A stretch of 53,198 bases of DNA from Peribolospora baueri (taxonomy: Eukaryota): NCBI GenBank assembly GCA_029717555.1, contig JAMDHS010000045.1:124001-177198 (forward strand). Reading direction: 5' to 3'. Positions 25,201 through 37,869 of this stretch are shown in pieces. Positions within the stretch are counted from its first letter, which is position 1. Each line of letters begins with the position of its first letter. A program made the translations under genes and the position numbers. A model generated the notes under the pieces. It was not told the DNA's origin, searched no databases, and saw nothing but the letters and a program-made list of their open reading frames with translations.

Positions 25201-26490
25201 ATCGCCGGGACAGGCTGACGCTCCCCACGCGGACATCACTCCCACCGGCCGGCATCCGTCTTCACGGGCGAGCTCGTCCATGGCTGGGCCGGTGTCGCCG
25301 CTATCACCTCATCTCACGAGACGGCATTCGACTGAGGAAGGCAGGTTGCAGGAAGCGCGGTCCCGAACACCAGTGCGGCCAATGATGCCGGCGAGAAGCA
25401 TCACGTACCATCACCCCTCGCTACACAAGCACGTCATGATGTCTCCCCTCTCCAACGCTGGAAGCGGCGCTTCGCCGAGCTCTGGCGGCATCATCTCGTC
25501 GACGCTAGCGGAGAATCGGGGGTTCGCTTCCGCTGTCGGCGCCGAGCAAGCAAACACTCCACCCTTGCGGCCGCCGAGCGGGCAAGGTTCGACGCCGAGC
25601 ACACCCGGGTCCACGGTGTCAATCGGCGCCGGGGAAGGACGGATGCTCAAGAGTGCGGTTAAATCGATCAACATTAAAAAGAATTCCAGCCTGCCCTCCG
25701 GATCCAACCCTTCGCAGAGGAAGCTCCGCGTCTTGACGGTTGAAGACAATGTCATCAATCGGAGAGTGCTGCAGGCTTTCTTGAAGAAGATGGTGAGCGC
25801 TCCGGACACTTGCACGTCGATTTTCATGTGTTTTCGGATCCCATACGGTCCTGCTAATTACGGTCCTGCTTTTCGGCTTTGCAGGACGTCGAGTTCGTAG
25901 AGGCCTGCGACGGTGCCGAAGGGGTCAAGACCTTTGATCGTTTCCCGCCCAACTATTTCGAGTGAGAATCGCCCAAGCGACGGCTTTGACTGGTAGGGTT
26001 GAGTAGTCTCTAAGAAAGCTCATGCTGATGATTTGTCATTCCTCTCGCCGGGATCGCTACGAACAGTGTCGTTCTCATGGACCTTAGCATGCCAGTATTA
26101 GATGGCATCGCCGCCACGGTGGAGATCCGCAAGATTGAGCTCAAGCGGATGCAGGATTCGCAGAAGGCCAGCCGAAGACTCTCGTCTTCCGTACTGCCGA
26201 GCACGTCGTCCTCTGCCCGCTCCTCGAAGTCTACTTCACCCACCTCCACCCGATTCTCGCGCTCCATCAGCACCAGTCGACGTTCCACGACCCCGGTTAC
26301 AGGCGACAGTAACCCGACAAACTTGCGTGGGCCGTCTTTGACACGCGCCAAGATCTTCGCGCTCACCGGACGCTCGTCGCCTGAGGACAAGCGGCGCGCC
26401 TTCGCCAGCGGCTTCGACGGCTTTTGCCAGAAGCCCATGAGCCTTGCGACGCTGGCTTCCCTGCTCTCCAGTCTCCAGATCAATGCCTAG
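19240..26490 (+). CDS. Hybrid sensor histidine kinase / response regulator with GAF domain(s)
   Basis: GAF (FDRIAHLAKLVF, SFCAHAIL, RFYAGAPL, GSLCVMD), H-box ISHELRTPLHGIL, N-box LMNLIGNSLKFT, DTGKGI, FHPFTQ, GTGLGLSI, and receiver VEDNVIN...LMDLSMPVLDG...FALTG...KP. About 870-aa Ser/Pro-rich N-terminus. Confidence 0.93.
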
Positions 26491-27165
26491 TTCGGTATTG
26501 AGCCTGTCGGAACTTGCGCACGTCGGCGCAGGGCAAGGGGGAGCGCGAAGACCACGACGGAGCGCGACCCTCCCATGCATCTCGTTTATTCCATTACATC
26601 GTCAGGGTTTAATGTTGTCTTTCTCTCGTGTTCTCCTTCACGAGGCCTCTGTCTCTTCCTTCCTCGGTTTCTCCTATCGTTTGTTCCATGCGCTCGGTTC
26701 GACTGTGTTCTCTGCCTTCGAGCTTTCGTTCGGCCGGTCAACGACACCTTCGAATTAGAAAGCCCCCGCTCGCTCGCCGCGCGTGCTGTATCGTAACGGT
26801 CTTTCTTTCCCCTTTCTTTCGTTCTCCTGCTTGCGCGTCTATTTCGCTCGGTGCGTATCGTCGGTCCTCCTAGCAACGAGTCGAGTGCATGTGTCTGCGT
26901 TCCGTCCGGGTGGTTTGGTTTCGATGGAGTCGGTTGGCGTCGTCCGCCACAACTGCAATGGAATACCGCTCGTCATCTGCTTCTGCTCTCCCCTGCAGAC
27001 CTTGTGTGCGTCGTCGTTGTGGTCGTCCCCTTCATTTGCGCGGGCGCGCGCGGTCAACGTCGATCGCGTCGGACGATCCTCTTCCGTCTTCCTTCTCTCC
27101 ACCATCCTGCCCTCTCGCCCTACCTTAGTCTATGGCCCTCCTTTCAAGGCTCCGTAGCTCCAGAC

Positions 27166-28924
27166 ATGAGGTTTCGAGCGACGGTGTCGAATGTAAAGAC
27201 TTTCACCCGTGAGTCTCGCTAGCCTTTCGAACGGGAGCCATCGCCTTGCGCTTCCTCCGAAGACCCGGCAGAAGCGGTCGTTCCTTCTTCGGACTCGCGA
27301 TCGTAACCGCATGTTTGGGGGCGAAAGGTCGGAGTTAGCGCACACTGTGGGCGACGTCCTAACTCGTTCAATCCCTCCGGTTCCGTCTTTTTTTCTCGTC
27401 ACAAGGCGTGGTGCAAAGCGTGGAGAAGGTCAGCAGGAGATGCGTTTTCCGTCTCGCCGCGGACAAGATCCAGGTGATTTGTACGGGCGATAGCGAGGGC
27501 GTTCAGGTTTGGTCGTGAGTGCTTGTCTCGTGTGGTGACGGGGATGTGGAATGTTCGCCAGGCGCATGGCCGGAACGTGCGGGTGGACAGCGACAAGCTG
27601 GACGTATGCGCCTATAGACGTATCAAACGGTGCCTCATTTTCTAATTGTGGGCCGAGTAGCACCGTGGCAGTCGGGCTGACCGTCCTTGAGGTTTGCCTT
27701 CGCTTCGTATCTCAGCCAGGTCAACGTCGTGAGTAAAATACACCACCACTACCCCTAAGCTCATCACGTCCTCCTGGAGCCTGGATGAGCGCTCATTTCA
27801 TTTCTGCCTCTTCCGCCGTCTGCCCTGCCAACGCATATAACATACCCGGTGGAACATCAATCAGGACGCTCTCTTCGAAGACTTTCGCATCGAGTCAAAC
27901 GCCGAGAACAGGATCGCCTTTGAAGTCTCCACCGATTCCCTCCATCGTGCTCTGCGCTCAGCAGCGAATGCCGAGGTTGTGATCGTCAGGCTGGCCAAGA
28001 AGGGAGATCATCCCTTCTTGAGTTTTCAAATTCTCACGTCGGTCAGCGTCACGCATCTCTCCCTTTCCTAGTCCTCGAAATAAGAGTTGTCTCCGTGAGT
28101 CTCATATATTCTCCCCTACACTCAAATTTCCCTTTCCCGCCGCTGCACAGGGCACAAAGCAGAAGCACGTTGAGATCACTCAGGACGTAGTCATCAGAAT
28201 CCTCAAGCCGGCCGAGTTCGACAGCATACAGGAGCCGCTCTGCCCCGAACCGGACGTGAGTGTCCCATACATTTCCGAAGCCTGTGTCATTACTCAAGGC
28301 ACGGAGGTCTTCCCCTTGTTTGAATGAATGTCTTCTGATGCAGGTGCATATCGTCATGCCCGAGCTGTCAAAGTTGCGCATCACGGCCGAGCGGATGCGA
28401 CACATGGGTAGTGTCGTCTCACTCTCAGCGAACCATGACGGTAAAATGCGGCTCAGCATGCGCACAGACACCGTTGAGGCAGAGACGGAATGGGGGAGGC
28501 TCAAGCACCCTATCCTTGGGCGTGAGTTTGCGCTGTTCGCCTGCTCAAAGAGGTTATCACGGAGCTGGGCTGATCTCTCATCACCTTTCCCGGCGGCCTC
28601 TTCCAGCTTCGCAATCTGAACCCGAGAACCCCAAGGCGTTCTACTCGGTCCTCCTGGACGTGCGCTCACTCCACAAGTTCCTTTCTTCCTATGTCATCGC
28701 CACCACTACTATCGCCTGCATCTGTGCCGGTCACTGCGCCATCTTTTATGTTTATATCGGTGATGTTCAGGTGAGCTGACGCGATACCAAGGGTTTGGCA
28801 GTGCTGGTTGTACTGCTCTAACCCTTTTCGCTCCGCGGGGCATTTGTTCGGTTTACAGCATTCAGGCGGCGTCCTAACGTTTTATGTGCCTGCTCTCGCC
28901 GAGGGAGACCCAGATTCATCATGA
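27166..28924 (+). CDS. HUS1: Checkpoint clamp (9-1-1) subunit Hus1/Mec3
   Basis: MRFRATVSNVKTFTR|VVQSVEKVSRRCVFRL...GVQVWS|QVNV|DALFEDFRIESNAENRIAFE...EPLCPEPD|VHIVMP...IACIC...GGVLTFYVPA; canonical splice sites. Confidence 0.9.
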
Positions 28925-29188
28925 CGACGTCATAGAGCGGCTGGGCAGAGGAAAAGCGGTCGACTCGAAGACGAACCATGTTTCAAGCGTAGGTGGAAGC
29001 TTCGCCCGAGTCTCATGGAGGTGGTCTGTAATCTACGTGTACTCCACCATTCCCGCTATTTGTACTTTTAGCCGCGTCTCACCAGGAGCATCGCATCCAT
29101 CTTTCTAATCAAGGTCATTGGCCACCTGCATATTCCTTACCATCCTCGTAATAATACACTCCAGAAGGGATCAGCAGCGGGCAGATGC

Positions 29189-30534
29189 TCACTCAAACTG
29201 CTTTCTCGTGATCATAGAATAAGCCTCCTTATACTTCCTCTCTGTCTCCTTCACGACCTCATCAGGCAGCTCCACGGCTCCCTCCTGACCCGCCGGAAGA
29301 CCGCCGGCGAGACCCTGACTCTTGAGCCAGTCCCGCACGTATTGCTTGTCGAAGCTGTCCTGCGCTTTGCCAGGCTCATATGCCGCCGCGCTCCAGAAGC
29401 GGGAAGAGTCTGGCGTGAGCACCTCGTCGACGAGGATCAACTGCTGCTCGGATCCATTGACGGAGAGGAGGCCGAACTCAAACTTGGTGTCAGCGAGTAT
29501 GATCCCACGCGATCTGGCGTGCGCGGCAGCCTTGGTGTACAGAGCCAGAGCGGCGTTGCGAATTTGGTCGGCGAGGGTTTTGGAGCCAACAATTTCTGCC
29601 ACTGTTTCGAGTGGCCCAGTGTCCGGGAGAAAGTGAAGCGCGGTTCGTTATAAGCGTGAGCGATGGATAGATCGGGTGGGCCGCATGGATGGACAAGCCT
29701 CATTGGTAAGAAGAAATCTAGAAAGAAAGAAAACTCCAGAAGAGGGAAATCAACCGCATCTAATAACCCACCCATGTCAGGATGTATGTTCTCATCGTGT
29801 TCTCCTTGATCAGCCTTAGTGGACGGCGTGAACAAAGGTTCAGGCAGCTGCTGAGACTCGACAAGGCCTTCGGGCAACTTGATGCCGTGCACCGTCCCGG
29901 ACTTGCGGTACTCCGCCCAACCGGAGCCTGCGTTACAAAGGAGCAACAAAGTTAAGCATTGGGCATGCGCAAGAATCCTTAAGAACCGTAGCCGTCCATC
30001 AGCGACGCACCAGTCAAGTAACCCCTCACGATCGCCTCAATCTTCAACACCTGAGCCTTCTTCACGAGCAAACTCCGTCCCTCTACCTGATCCCGTACGG
30101 GAGCCAGCTTGGTCTGAAGCTCCGCTGGAAAGGCACCAAAGGTGCTGGCAAGGAGATGATTAGGGAGGACCGAGGAGAGGTGGTCAAACCAGAATACAGA
30201 TAGAGCGGTGAGGAGCCGGCCTTTGGAGGGGATGCCCTAGAAACCAAGCAAGATCAGAGCAGCAAAGAGCAACAGTTCAGTGCTCAGTCCAAACCTCCAA
30301 TCCATCATGTCCTCGCAAACCAAGCCGGACGAGAATTTCATCTCCCTCTCTCTTCCTCTCTGTCCGCGCGGAGGGGAGGTGACTGACATTCTTCAAAACG
30401 ATGTCGAAGGCGGATATCCGATCGGTCGCGACGAAGAGCAGAGAATCGGAGCCGGCGTCGTATACGTCTCGCACCTTTCCCTTGGCCACAAGGGGCAGTG
30501 GAAGGGCGGTCTGAGTCAAAGCTGAAGAGGACAT
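29189..30534 (-). CDS. ADE1: SAICAR synthetase (phosphoribosylaminoimidazole-succinocarboxamide synthase)
   Basis: Motifs [61 protein letters not shown] and [11 protein letters not shown]. Confidence 0.96.
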
Positions 30535-30743
30535 GACGTCGACTGGTTGGAACTGGGACGGGCAGCTAGAGGGATTGCTCTGAGCCTCGGATTCGACTCA
30601 CTGGAAGAGTCTTGAAGGACCTTCGAACTGGAGCACGTGATCAGCTGCGGCCGGACGCGAGCTCTCGCGACGCGGGGGGAGGTACACCAACTCGAGACGC
30701 GGATGGACACTCCTTTCCCATTCAGTTCTCTTGCCAGCTCGAC

Positions 30744-33700
30744 ATGACCGCCACAAGGAGCACGGCAGGGACGGGGACTCGAGCCTCTGCGCGCAAGGCC
30801 CCTAGCAGCACGACGGCAGCCACGACCACGACTAGAGCTCGGACCACTAGATCGACAGTGGCCAGCTCCGCCAAGGCACCCGAAGCGTCTGCAAAAGCTG
30901 CCAGTAAACCCGCTTCTTTCTCTTCTGCCCGGAAACCCGCCATTGGCTTGGCACCTGGCACTCGAGCGACCGGAAGCACAGCTTCCTCCCGTAACAAAGT
31001 TCCAATCTCGATTAACTCGGTCGGCGATGGGGCTGGCGCCGCCATTCCAAAGCCCGCATCAGCTCTTGCCAAAAAGACTGAAACAACTGGAAAGCCCTCG
31101 TCATTCTTGGGGGTGTTTCCACCTGGAAGAGCGAGGGCACCTATGAAGAAATTAAAGTACGATCCCGAGAGAGAACCGATCAAGGTAAGCTCAATCGCCT
31201 GATCGCTACGGTCTGCTCGCCGGGCCGCTAGATTCAGCACACCTGCTCACCATAATTGCTTCTCTTGCACAGGCATTTTTGCGCATTCGTCCTCCTCCGG
31301 ACAACGGAAAGGACCAGTTTGGAGAGCCGTACATTGAGGCAATTAGTGACACCGAGGTGGTGATGAAGCCTCCTTCTGAAGTGAGTTAAATTGTGCTTTC
31401 CGCATCCGATGGCCGCCTCTAAGGAAAACGCTCACAGATAACCTTCAACTACCAGTCCTCCCGTGCCCGTCAGCACGCTTCTCAGCGCTACGCCTTTACT
31501 CGCGTCTTTCCTTCCTCTCCGGTCCCATCTGCCGCGGCGGATTCAATCGGCGTCCCAGTCTCTCAAGCCGATTTTTTTAAGCACACCACCCTCCCCCTCG
31601 TTCAGGACCTTCTTAACGGCGAGAGTGGACTTGTCTTCACGTATGGTGTCACCAACAGCGGCAAGACGTATACCATCCAGGGCGGTGAGAAGGGCGAGGA
31701 GGGGCTGCTCCCGAGGACTATGGATGTGGTATTCAACAGTATTGAAGGGCTACAGAGCTCCAGTGGCGTTAGTCGTCCTACTCGCGTCGGTCCGTTTCAG
31801 GTCCAGAAACACAGAACTAAATGCTATTGGCTCACTTTTCCTTTTCGCAGATCCGTCCCATTCGCCTGATTGGCGTTGAGCGTTCCGTGCCTTCCGACCC
31901 CCAGCTGTCAAGCTCCCTTGGTAGCTCTCCGCTCAAAGAGGACGACAATCACTCGCGTCCTCCTCTGAACGGAGCCGGCGTTAACCCGTTCGCTTTCGCC
32001 GTGGGTGGTTCTTCTTGTTCTGTTAATTCGTTGAAACGTTCCCTGACTGACGGGGTTTTGTCCGTCGTCATTTTCACGACTTGATAGGGTATACGAAAAA
32101 GTATTCTCGGGCAAGCCATCCAAAAATCGTTCGAGGCGGAGCACGAGAAGGATCAAACGAGCAAGTATCATTCATGCGGCGATGTCGGTTGTCTTCGAGT
32201 TCAAAGACCCCACTGCTTCCAATCTGACGACCGCCGTGACCTTCCTTTCCCATGTCCAGGCATCAAGGTCGACCGTAACTATGACTATTCCATTTGGGTC
32301 TCCTACATAGAGATCTACAACGAACGCATTTACGACCTGCTTGACGTGCCTGAGTCTTCCTCCTCTCCCGCGTTGGAGGCGACCTCGAATACGCCAACGT
32401 CGGCTGCGAGGAGCCACGGAAACTTGCCACGCTCGTTCTCTCTTCACACATTCTCTTCCAGCTATAGCTTGGCTACTATCTCCGAGGGCAGTGGGACGAC
32501 GACGGTTCGGAGGAACGCGCTCACGCTCAAGAACGACCAAGAGACTGGCAACAAGTACGTTCATGGAATGAGGGAGGTCAGGGTTAGGAGCGCAGATGTG
32601 AGCAATTTGGATCGAGTCCATGCTCCAAACCTGTATGCGCGGTACTCATAACGATATGCTATGCCTTCGGAAACTCGCAGGAGGCGCACGATATCCTTCG
32701 CCGTGGCCAAGTCAATCGCCAAGTGTTCTCCACGCTCGCTAACCGCGCCTCGTCTCGCTCGCACGGCATCTTCACCGTCAAAGTGATCCGAGAGCACAAG
32801 GGCACACCCGAAGGCGATCTCTCCTCAGTGTCTACCTCCCGTCTCTCAATCGTCGATCTGGCCGGCTCGGAGCGGAGTAAGAACACGCAGACCTCGGGCG
32901 ACAGGCTCAAGGAGGCCGGCAACATCAACAAGTCGCTCATGTGCTTGGGACAGTGCATGGAGACGTTGAGGAAGAACCAGCTGAGAGAGAAAGGCAGGAA
33001 GCCTGAGATGGTGCCTTTCCGACACTCGAGGCTCACGGAGCTTTTCCAGAGCTTCTTCTCCGGAGAGGGTATGGCTGGCAAAGCGGTGAGATAGCGGATA
33101 AACTCTACGTCCTTTGACCCAAGGCCTCATCGTTGCGCTTTTTGCTCCCCCCTTTCATCCGTGCCTGCCGCACAGGTCATGATTGTCAACGTCAACCCCT
33201 ACGACACGGGCTACGACGAGAATGCCCATGTCATGAAGTTTGCAGCCGTAGCCAAAAGCGTCTCCACTGTTCGCACTCCCGCCACATTCACTGTACCTTC
33301 CATTGTGTCCTCTGCTCCTTCCCTACAGAGCAAGAGGGTCAGCATCTCCATCCCTAGGAAGGCGCTGGTGAGACAGCCGATGAGGACACCTGTTGCTGCA
33401 GTTGTGGCGACTAAAAAAGCGGAGACGAAGAACATAGCTCAGACTGCTGAGCCAGAGGAAGACGGTGATGATGAGGTAGAAGTCACTTTTATCGAAGGTA
33501 GGCATAGCCTCCCCCAATAGTCGGTAGCTTGATGGACTCTCGGCTGACGGACATGACGCCTTGTTTCGGCGCTGGCGTGCAGGCAACGAATCAGACGATG
33601 AAGATTCGGACGAGTTGGAGCAGGATCCATTCGTGGAGCTTCTCATCGAGCAGAACGAGGAGTTGCGCGAAAAGGTGCGTCATGTTCTTTGCCTTCCCTT

Positions 33701-34523
33701 GGTGCTGCTTTACTGTCAGGTAGCTATCCTCGTGTTTGTTTCACGTCCTGACATCAACGTATCTCCTTCTTTGGCCAGCTCTATGAAGCGAGGATGCGCG
33801 CTGCGATGATCGAAGCCGAGACACGCGAGGAGGTAATCCGCCAGACGGAGGAAAGGATGGCGGATATGGAGAAGAGGTACATGCAGATGCTAATGAATGA
33901 CGTGAGCTGCTTACCCTTCTGCCTGTCACCCGCTCCTCCCCATCTTTTGAGGAACAAGTTCTGGAGTCGTGACGTTGGCTGACGCTGGACCTTTGCTTTT
34001 TCATCGATGTCAACCTAGGCCGAACAGAACGAAGAGCTGATGAACCGCAAAATCGATCTGATGATGCAAGCGAATGAGAGCGTCCTCAGACGAAAGAGGG
34101 GGCAGGGTGAGGGAGATTCAGATGCGGAGAGCGATCAGCAGGACGCTGAGGATGTCGATCTGTCGCTGGTACGTGACATGTGGACATGGTCGCCATCTGT
34201 TCGCAAGGGACCTTGTCGCTGATCTTTCGCTTTTGCCTTTCGTCGCCAGATCGTCGTGGAAGCCCCCAAGCGCTCCTCGATCTTTGCACTTCGGGATATT
34301 GAAGAGGACGAGGAAGAGGATCAGGCCGCCGAGGAGGCTAGCGAAGAGGATAGTCCCACGGCGAGGAAGATTGGCAATCACATCTTGGATAACAAGCTAG
34401 AAGCGGAGGAGGGTGAAGAAGATGAGGACGAGGAAGAGGAAGAAGATGAAGGCGACGAAGGTGAAGATGAGGATGCGGAAGACGATGACGATGACGACGA
34501 TGACGACGATGACGATGTGAGTC

Positions 34524-34557
<34 letters not shown>

Positions 34558-35253
34558 CTTTTTTTTTCCTTCTTTTCTTTTCTAAAGGGTTGAGAGGAAT
34601 TTCCCTTCTATTTGCAGACGATGATCGTGACGGCTGACGATGGTCTTTCCTTAACACAGGAGGACGTGTCCGTTGACGAAGACGAAGACGACGACTCTTT
34701 CGACGGGGAAGAAGACGAAGAAGACGCAGACTCGTCCTTCGAGTCCGTTCCGGCGCACAAGAAGCGTGCATCCGCCGCCGCTGCAGGTCGTCGCTCTAGC
34801 GCCCGCGCCTCTCGCCCTTCCGCTGTCCCTGCCGGTGGGCGCGAGTCAGCAGGTGGTGTGAGGACGTCGAACAACAGGACGTCTAGGAAGAAGTCATCCC
34901 TCAAGAAGAAGACGGACAGTGAAGCTTCGTCCAAGGAGGGCGGTGACGGTTCAGCTGAGCTTTTTGAGCTCGGCACGCCGAGATTTGAGGAGGAGGAGAC
35001 AGTGGAGATTGTGACGGGTGAGAAGAGCGCTAAGAAAAAGAAGAGGTGAGTAGACATGATCCGTACTTAATGGTATAGTCTGCACTGCGATGGTTGACCA
35101 CCTGTCCTACGTTGATCTGTGCCCATCTCCAGAAAGTTTGGCACGCAGCCGGCGGTCATGGAGGAAGACATGCTCGAGGACGCGGATGACGCTATGCTTC
35201 AGCCCGGTCCGACCCCCACTGCGAGGTCTTCCATCTCGAAGAAGAAGTTCTGA
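30744..35253 (+). CDS. Kinesin motor protein, kinesin-6 (Klp9/MKLP1-like)
   Basis: REPIK|AFLRIRP, P-loop FTYGVTNSGKTYTIQG, VSYIEIYNERIYDLL, NRASSRSHGIF, LSIVDLAGSER, EAGNINKSLMCLGQC, VPFRHSRLTELF and GYDENAHVMKF. A long loop-6 insert, coiled coil and acidic/basic tail fit kinesin-6. Confidence 0.92.
34405..34580 (+). repeat. GAN-triplet acidic repeat (poly-Glu/Asp exon end) followed by an intronic C(T)n tract
   Basis: GAGGAA/GACGAT repeats up to 34516, then repeated c+T(8-9) blocks within the intron. Confidence 0.8.
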
Positions 35254-35561
35254 TTCGTCGATGTATGGCGGTGCTATGATACCCTTTTGTTCCCGTCCGG
35301 GCCGATCTTGTTCTTTTATGTTTCACTCTTCTGTTAAAAGAAATCGTGACGCGATTGATATGTTGTCGTCGTAAGAATCGGGGTCGAAGAGGTGCCATGT
35401 GAAAAACGTGGAGTCCCCGCACCGGCTCGTTATCAAACCGGAAGCGGAGGTGGCTGGCCGATCGACGAGTACCATCATCGATCATCTTGGCTGTCATTGG
35501 GAGGCACACACAGTTCCCTTCGCTTGCTCTCGTCCGTCCTTCTTTTACCCAGCAGCACATC

Positions 35562-36820
35562 ATGTCCCTCAAATCCTCCTCCAGCCTCGCCCAGCTCGGG
35601 AGTCAGTCGCGGCACGCCACGCACATACCTCCTGGTGGTCGGCCAGGCGACGGGGAGTTGCCCCCGTCGGCGCAAGAGGAGGAAGCTATCCGCGAGCAGG
35701 CAAGGCAGGCGCTACAAGGGGATATGAGGGGGTTGCACGTCCCGGGCTTCGAGAGCAGCAAGGTGGGTACCGTATGTGCATTGGATGGGTATGGCATTGT
35801 TGGTGAGCGGCTAGCTGGCTTGGTCGTGGGAGAGAGAGCAGCAGGCGTTCGATGGTACAGGGCAACCGCCACCATGAGACTTCGTTTCCAAACAGTCCCA
35901 GAAGTGCAATGGGCCGTCTGATGCTCCGCTCACGCTTCTTCATCTGGTGGCGGGGTTGGTCACAGGTGATGGCCCTCACTTCGACGTACCTTTTCAATCC
36001 ATTGCCCGGCGGCCCTACGCGTCGCAAGCTCGTGCGACAGATTCAAGCTGTGGGACTCTTCCTCATTTACCCGAACGGCTCGCCTTACGCTCCTGGGAAT
36101 CGCGGTAAAGATACAAAAGCGTTACCGAGTGGGATAGAGAAGGAGTTGGGAATTTGTGAGTCGAGACTCATCATCTCTTCGTCTGGCGGGGACGTTCTCT
36201 CTCATCAGTTCGCGTTAGTCGAGAAGACACGAGCAAGTCAGTTTGTATGTCGATGGTCATTACTCATACCCGTTTCTCTATTTTTCTCACCTACTCCCAT
36301 CTTTCTGAAAAGGGCACGTCGATCTCCGGCGCACGGGCACTATCAAGCGAGGCTATCCGCCTCCTTCGGGCATCCGCCGCAAACCAAAGGTGGACGTGAC
36401 GATCGAGTGCGCAGACCAAGACTTTGTCGACATGGCGCTCGGCAAGACGAACGGCACTAAGCTGTATGCTGCTGGAAGGGTGAGCGGGCCCATTCTGATT
36501 GCATAACTAGTGTGGGCACTAGCGGTGCGCGGGCACAATGAATTGGAGACGCAGTCTGACAGGGCCCATCGAACACGGCTTTCGGTGGATATTCTCGCCT
36601 TACGGTTATACCATGCTCGCAGCTTAAGATCAAAGGCAACATCGACAAAGCGGTCAAGCTTTCCGAGATCATCAAGCACGAACGCTCGCGCGTCTATGAG
36701 CAACAGCAGAGCTCTTCTTCCTTTTCTTCCTCTTCCTCTCAAAAGAAGGGCAATGAGGAGGAAGAGCAGCTCTATCAGGGAGGAGCACCGGCGCCCTTGC
36801 CCGACCGAGCCAGGCTTTGA
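35562..36820 (+). CDS. SCP2 sterol/lipid-carrier domain protein with C-terminal PTS1 (ARL)
   Basis: Spliced product: ...VPGFESSK|VMALTSTYL...QIQAVGLFLI...GI|WHVDLRRTGTIKRG...KVDVTIECADQDFVDMALGKTNGTKLYAAGR|LKIKGNIDKAVKLSEII...PDRARL*. Confidence 0.85.
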
Positions 36821-37869
36821 ACGTTTAGATGGGTAGAACGGGCTTGCGATGTGGTGGTGGTTTGAGGCCTCGGTCAGTGCAGTCATACCTTGGATGGCAT
36901 GGCGGTTTTCCATCTTGTCCTGGCCAATGGGAGAGGACAGGTCACGAGAGTTCCATATGTAAAGATCAACCGCCCCAGAGGTTCGTAGCAAGCAATTCTG
37001 TCGCTGCACGTTCACTCGATCCCTCGGACCTCCCGGAAAGCGGTTCCCAGCTGTCAAAGCGCTCAAAAAAGTGTATACGCGCCCATGCCAGGGCATAATG
37101 AAGCGACCCAGTGGCTCCCGGTTTTGACGACGGGACCAAAGAGCAAAAAGGCAATGTGAAAAGGCGAGGCTGTCCAGGAGTATGGGAGCGAAAGACGCTA
37201 CCGGATATGAAACATGGGAAAGTCAGACGATGTGCGCGACGTGACGCGGCCGCGACAATCGGGCAGCGAGTGAACATGAGGGGAGAGGTACGATTAGGAC
37301 CAGGAGCAGAGGGCGAGGAGCCCCACATGGCACGAACTATATGAGAGCAGAGATGTGAACAGAAAGAGAGCTTGATGAACGACCTCATTGCGAATCGTAT
37401 TCCCTTTCCTTTTCTTTGTCCGATAAGACTGACCTGTCGCAGCGCGCTCCAGTCGTGCTGCCAGCCGAGTCGGGCTCAAGTCAAAGCTCGTGTCCCTCTG
37501 AGGACGTTAGACCAGGCAGATGAGATGGGCGCTGCCGGGAAGATATACGTTGGTGACAGAAGTAAGATGGGATAATGTATCCCGTTCGTTTCGTGTAGCA
37601 TCGTGAGACGGGAAAGGGCAGACGTACAAAAACGAGCAAACCATTCGACGTGTAGAGAAAAGGTGGGCGAGACGAAGAAAAAAAAGTCTAATGTGCAATA
37701 CATGGCAGCGTAAGGCCATCGCCTTCGTCTGTTTACCTTCCGCACCGAGATCGAGGCTCACACGACGACCTCCGAGCGCCCTGCCATTCCAACGTGTCTC
37801 TGCGTTGCTTGCCCGGGAAGCTCTTCCGTCCAACTTCAGACAGTCCAGCTCCGGACAGACCGATGGACA

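Noticed and set aside
28922..29191. Stop-codon readthrough giving cryptic peroxisomal signals (checked for HUS1, ADE1 and most other stops)
   Set aside because: No TGA-CTA context was found. The extensions read end in non-PTS1 tripeptides (ADE1 gives ARC*, HUS1 gives LYF*).
5392..36820. Sterol or triterpene biosynthetic cluster (ERG7 plus SCP2)
   Set aside because: The genes are about 27 kb apart, separated by unrelated housekeeping genes, with no P450s or other tailoring enzymes.
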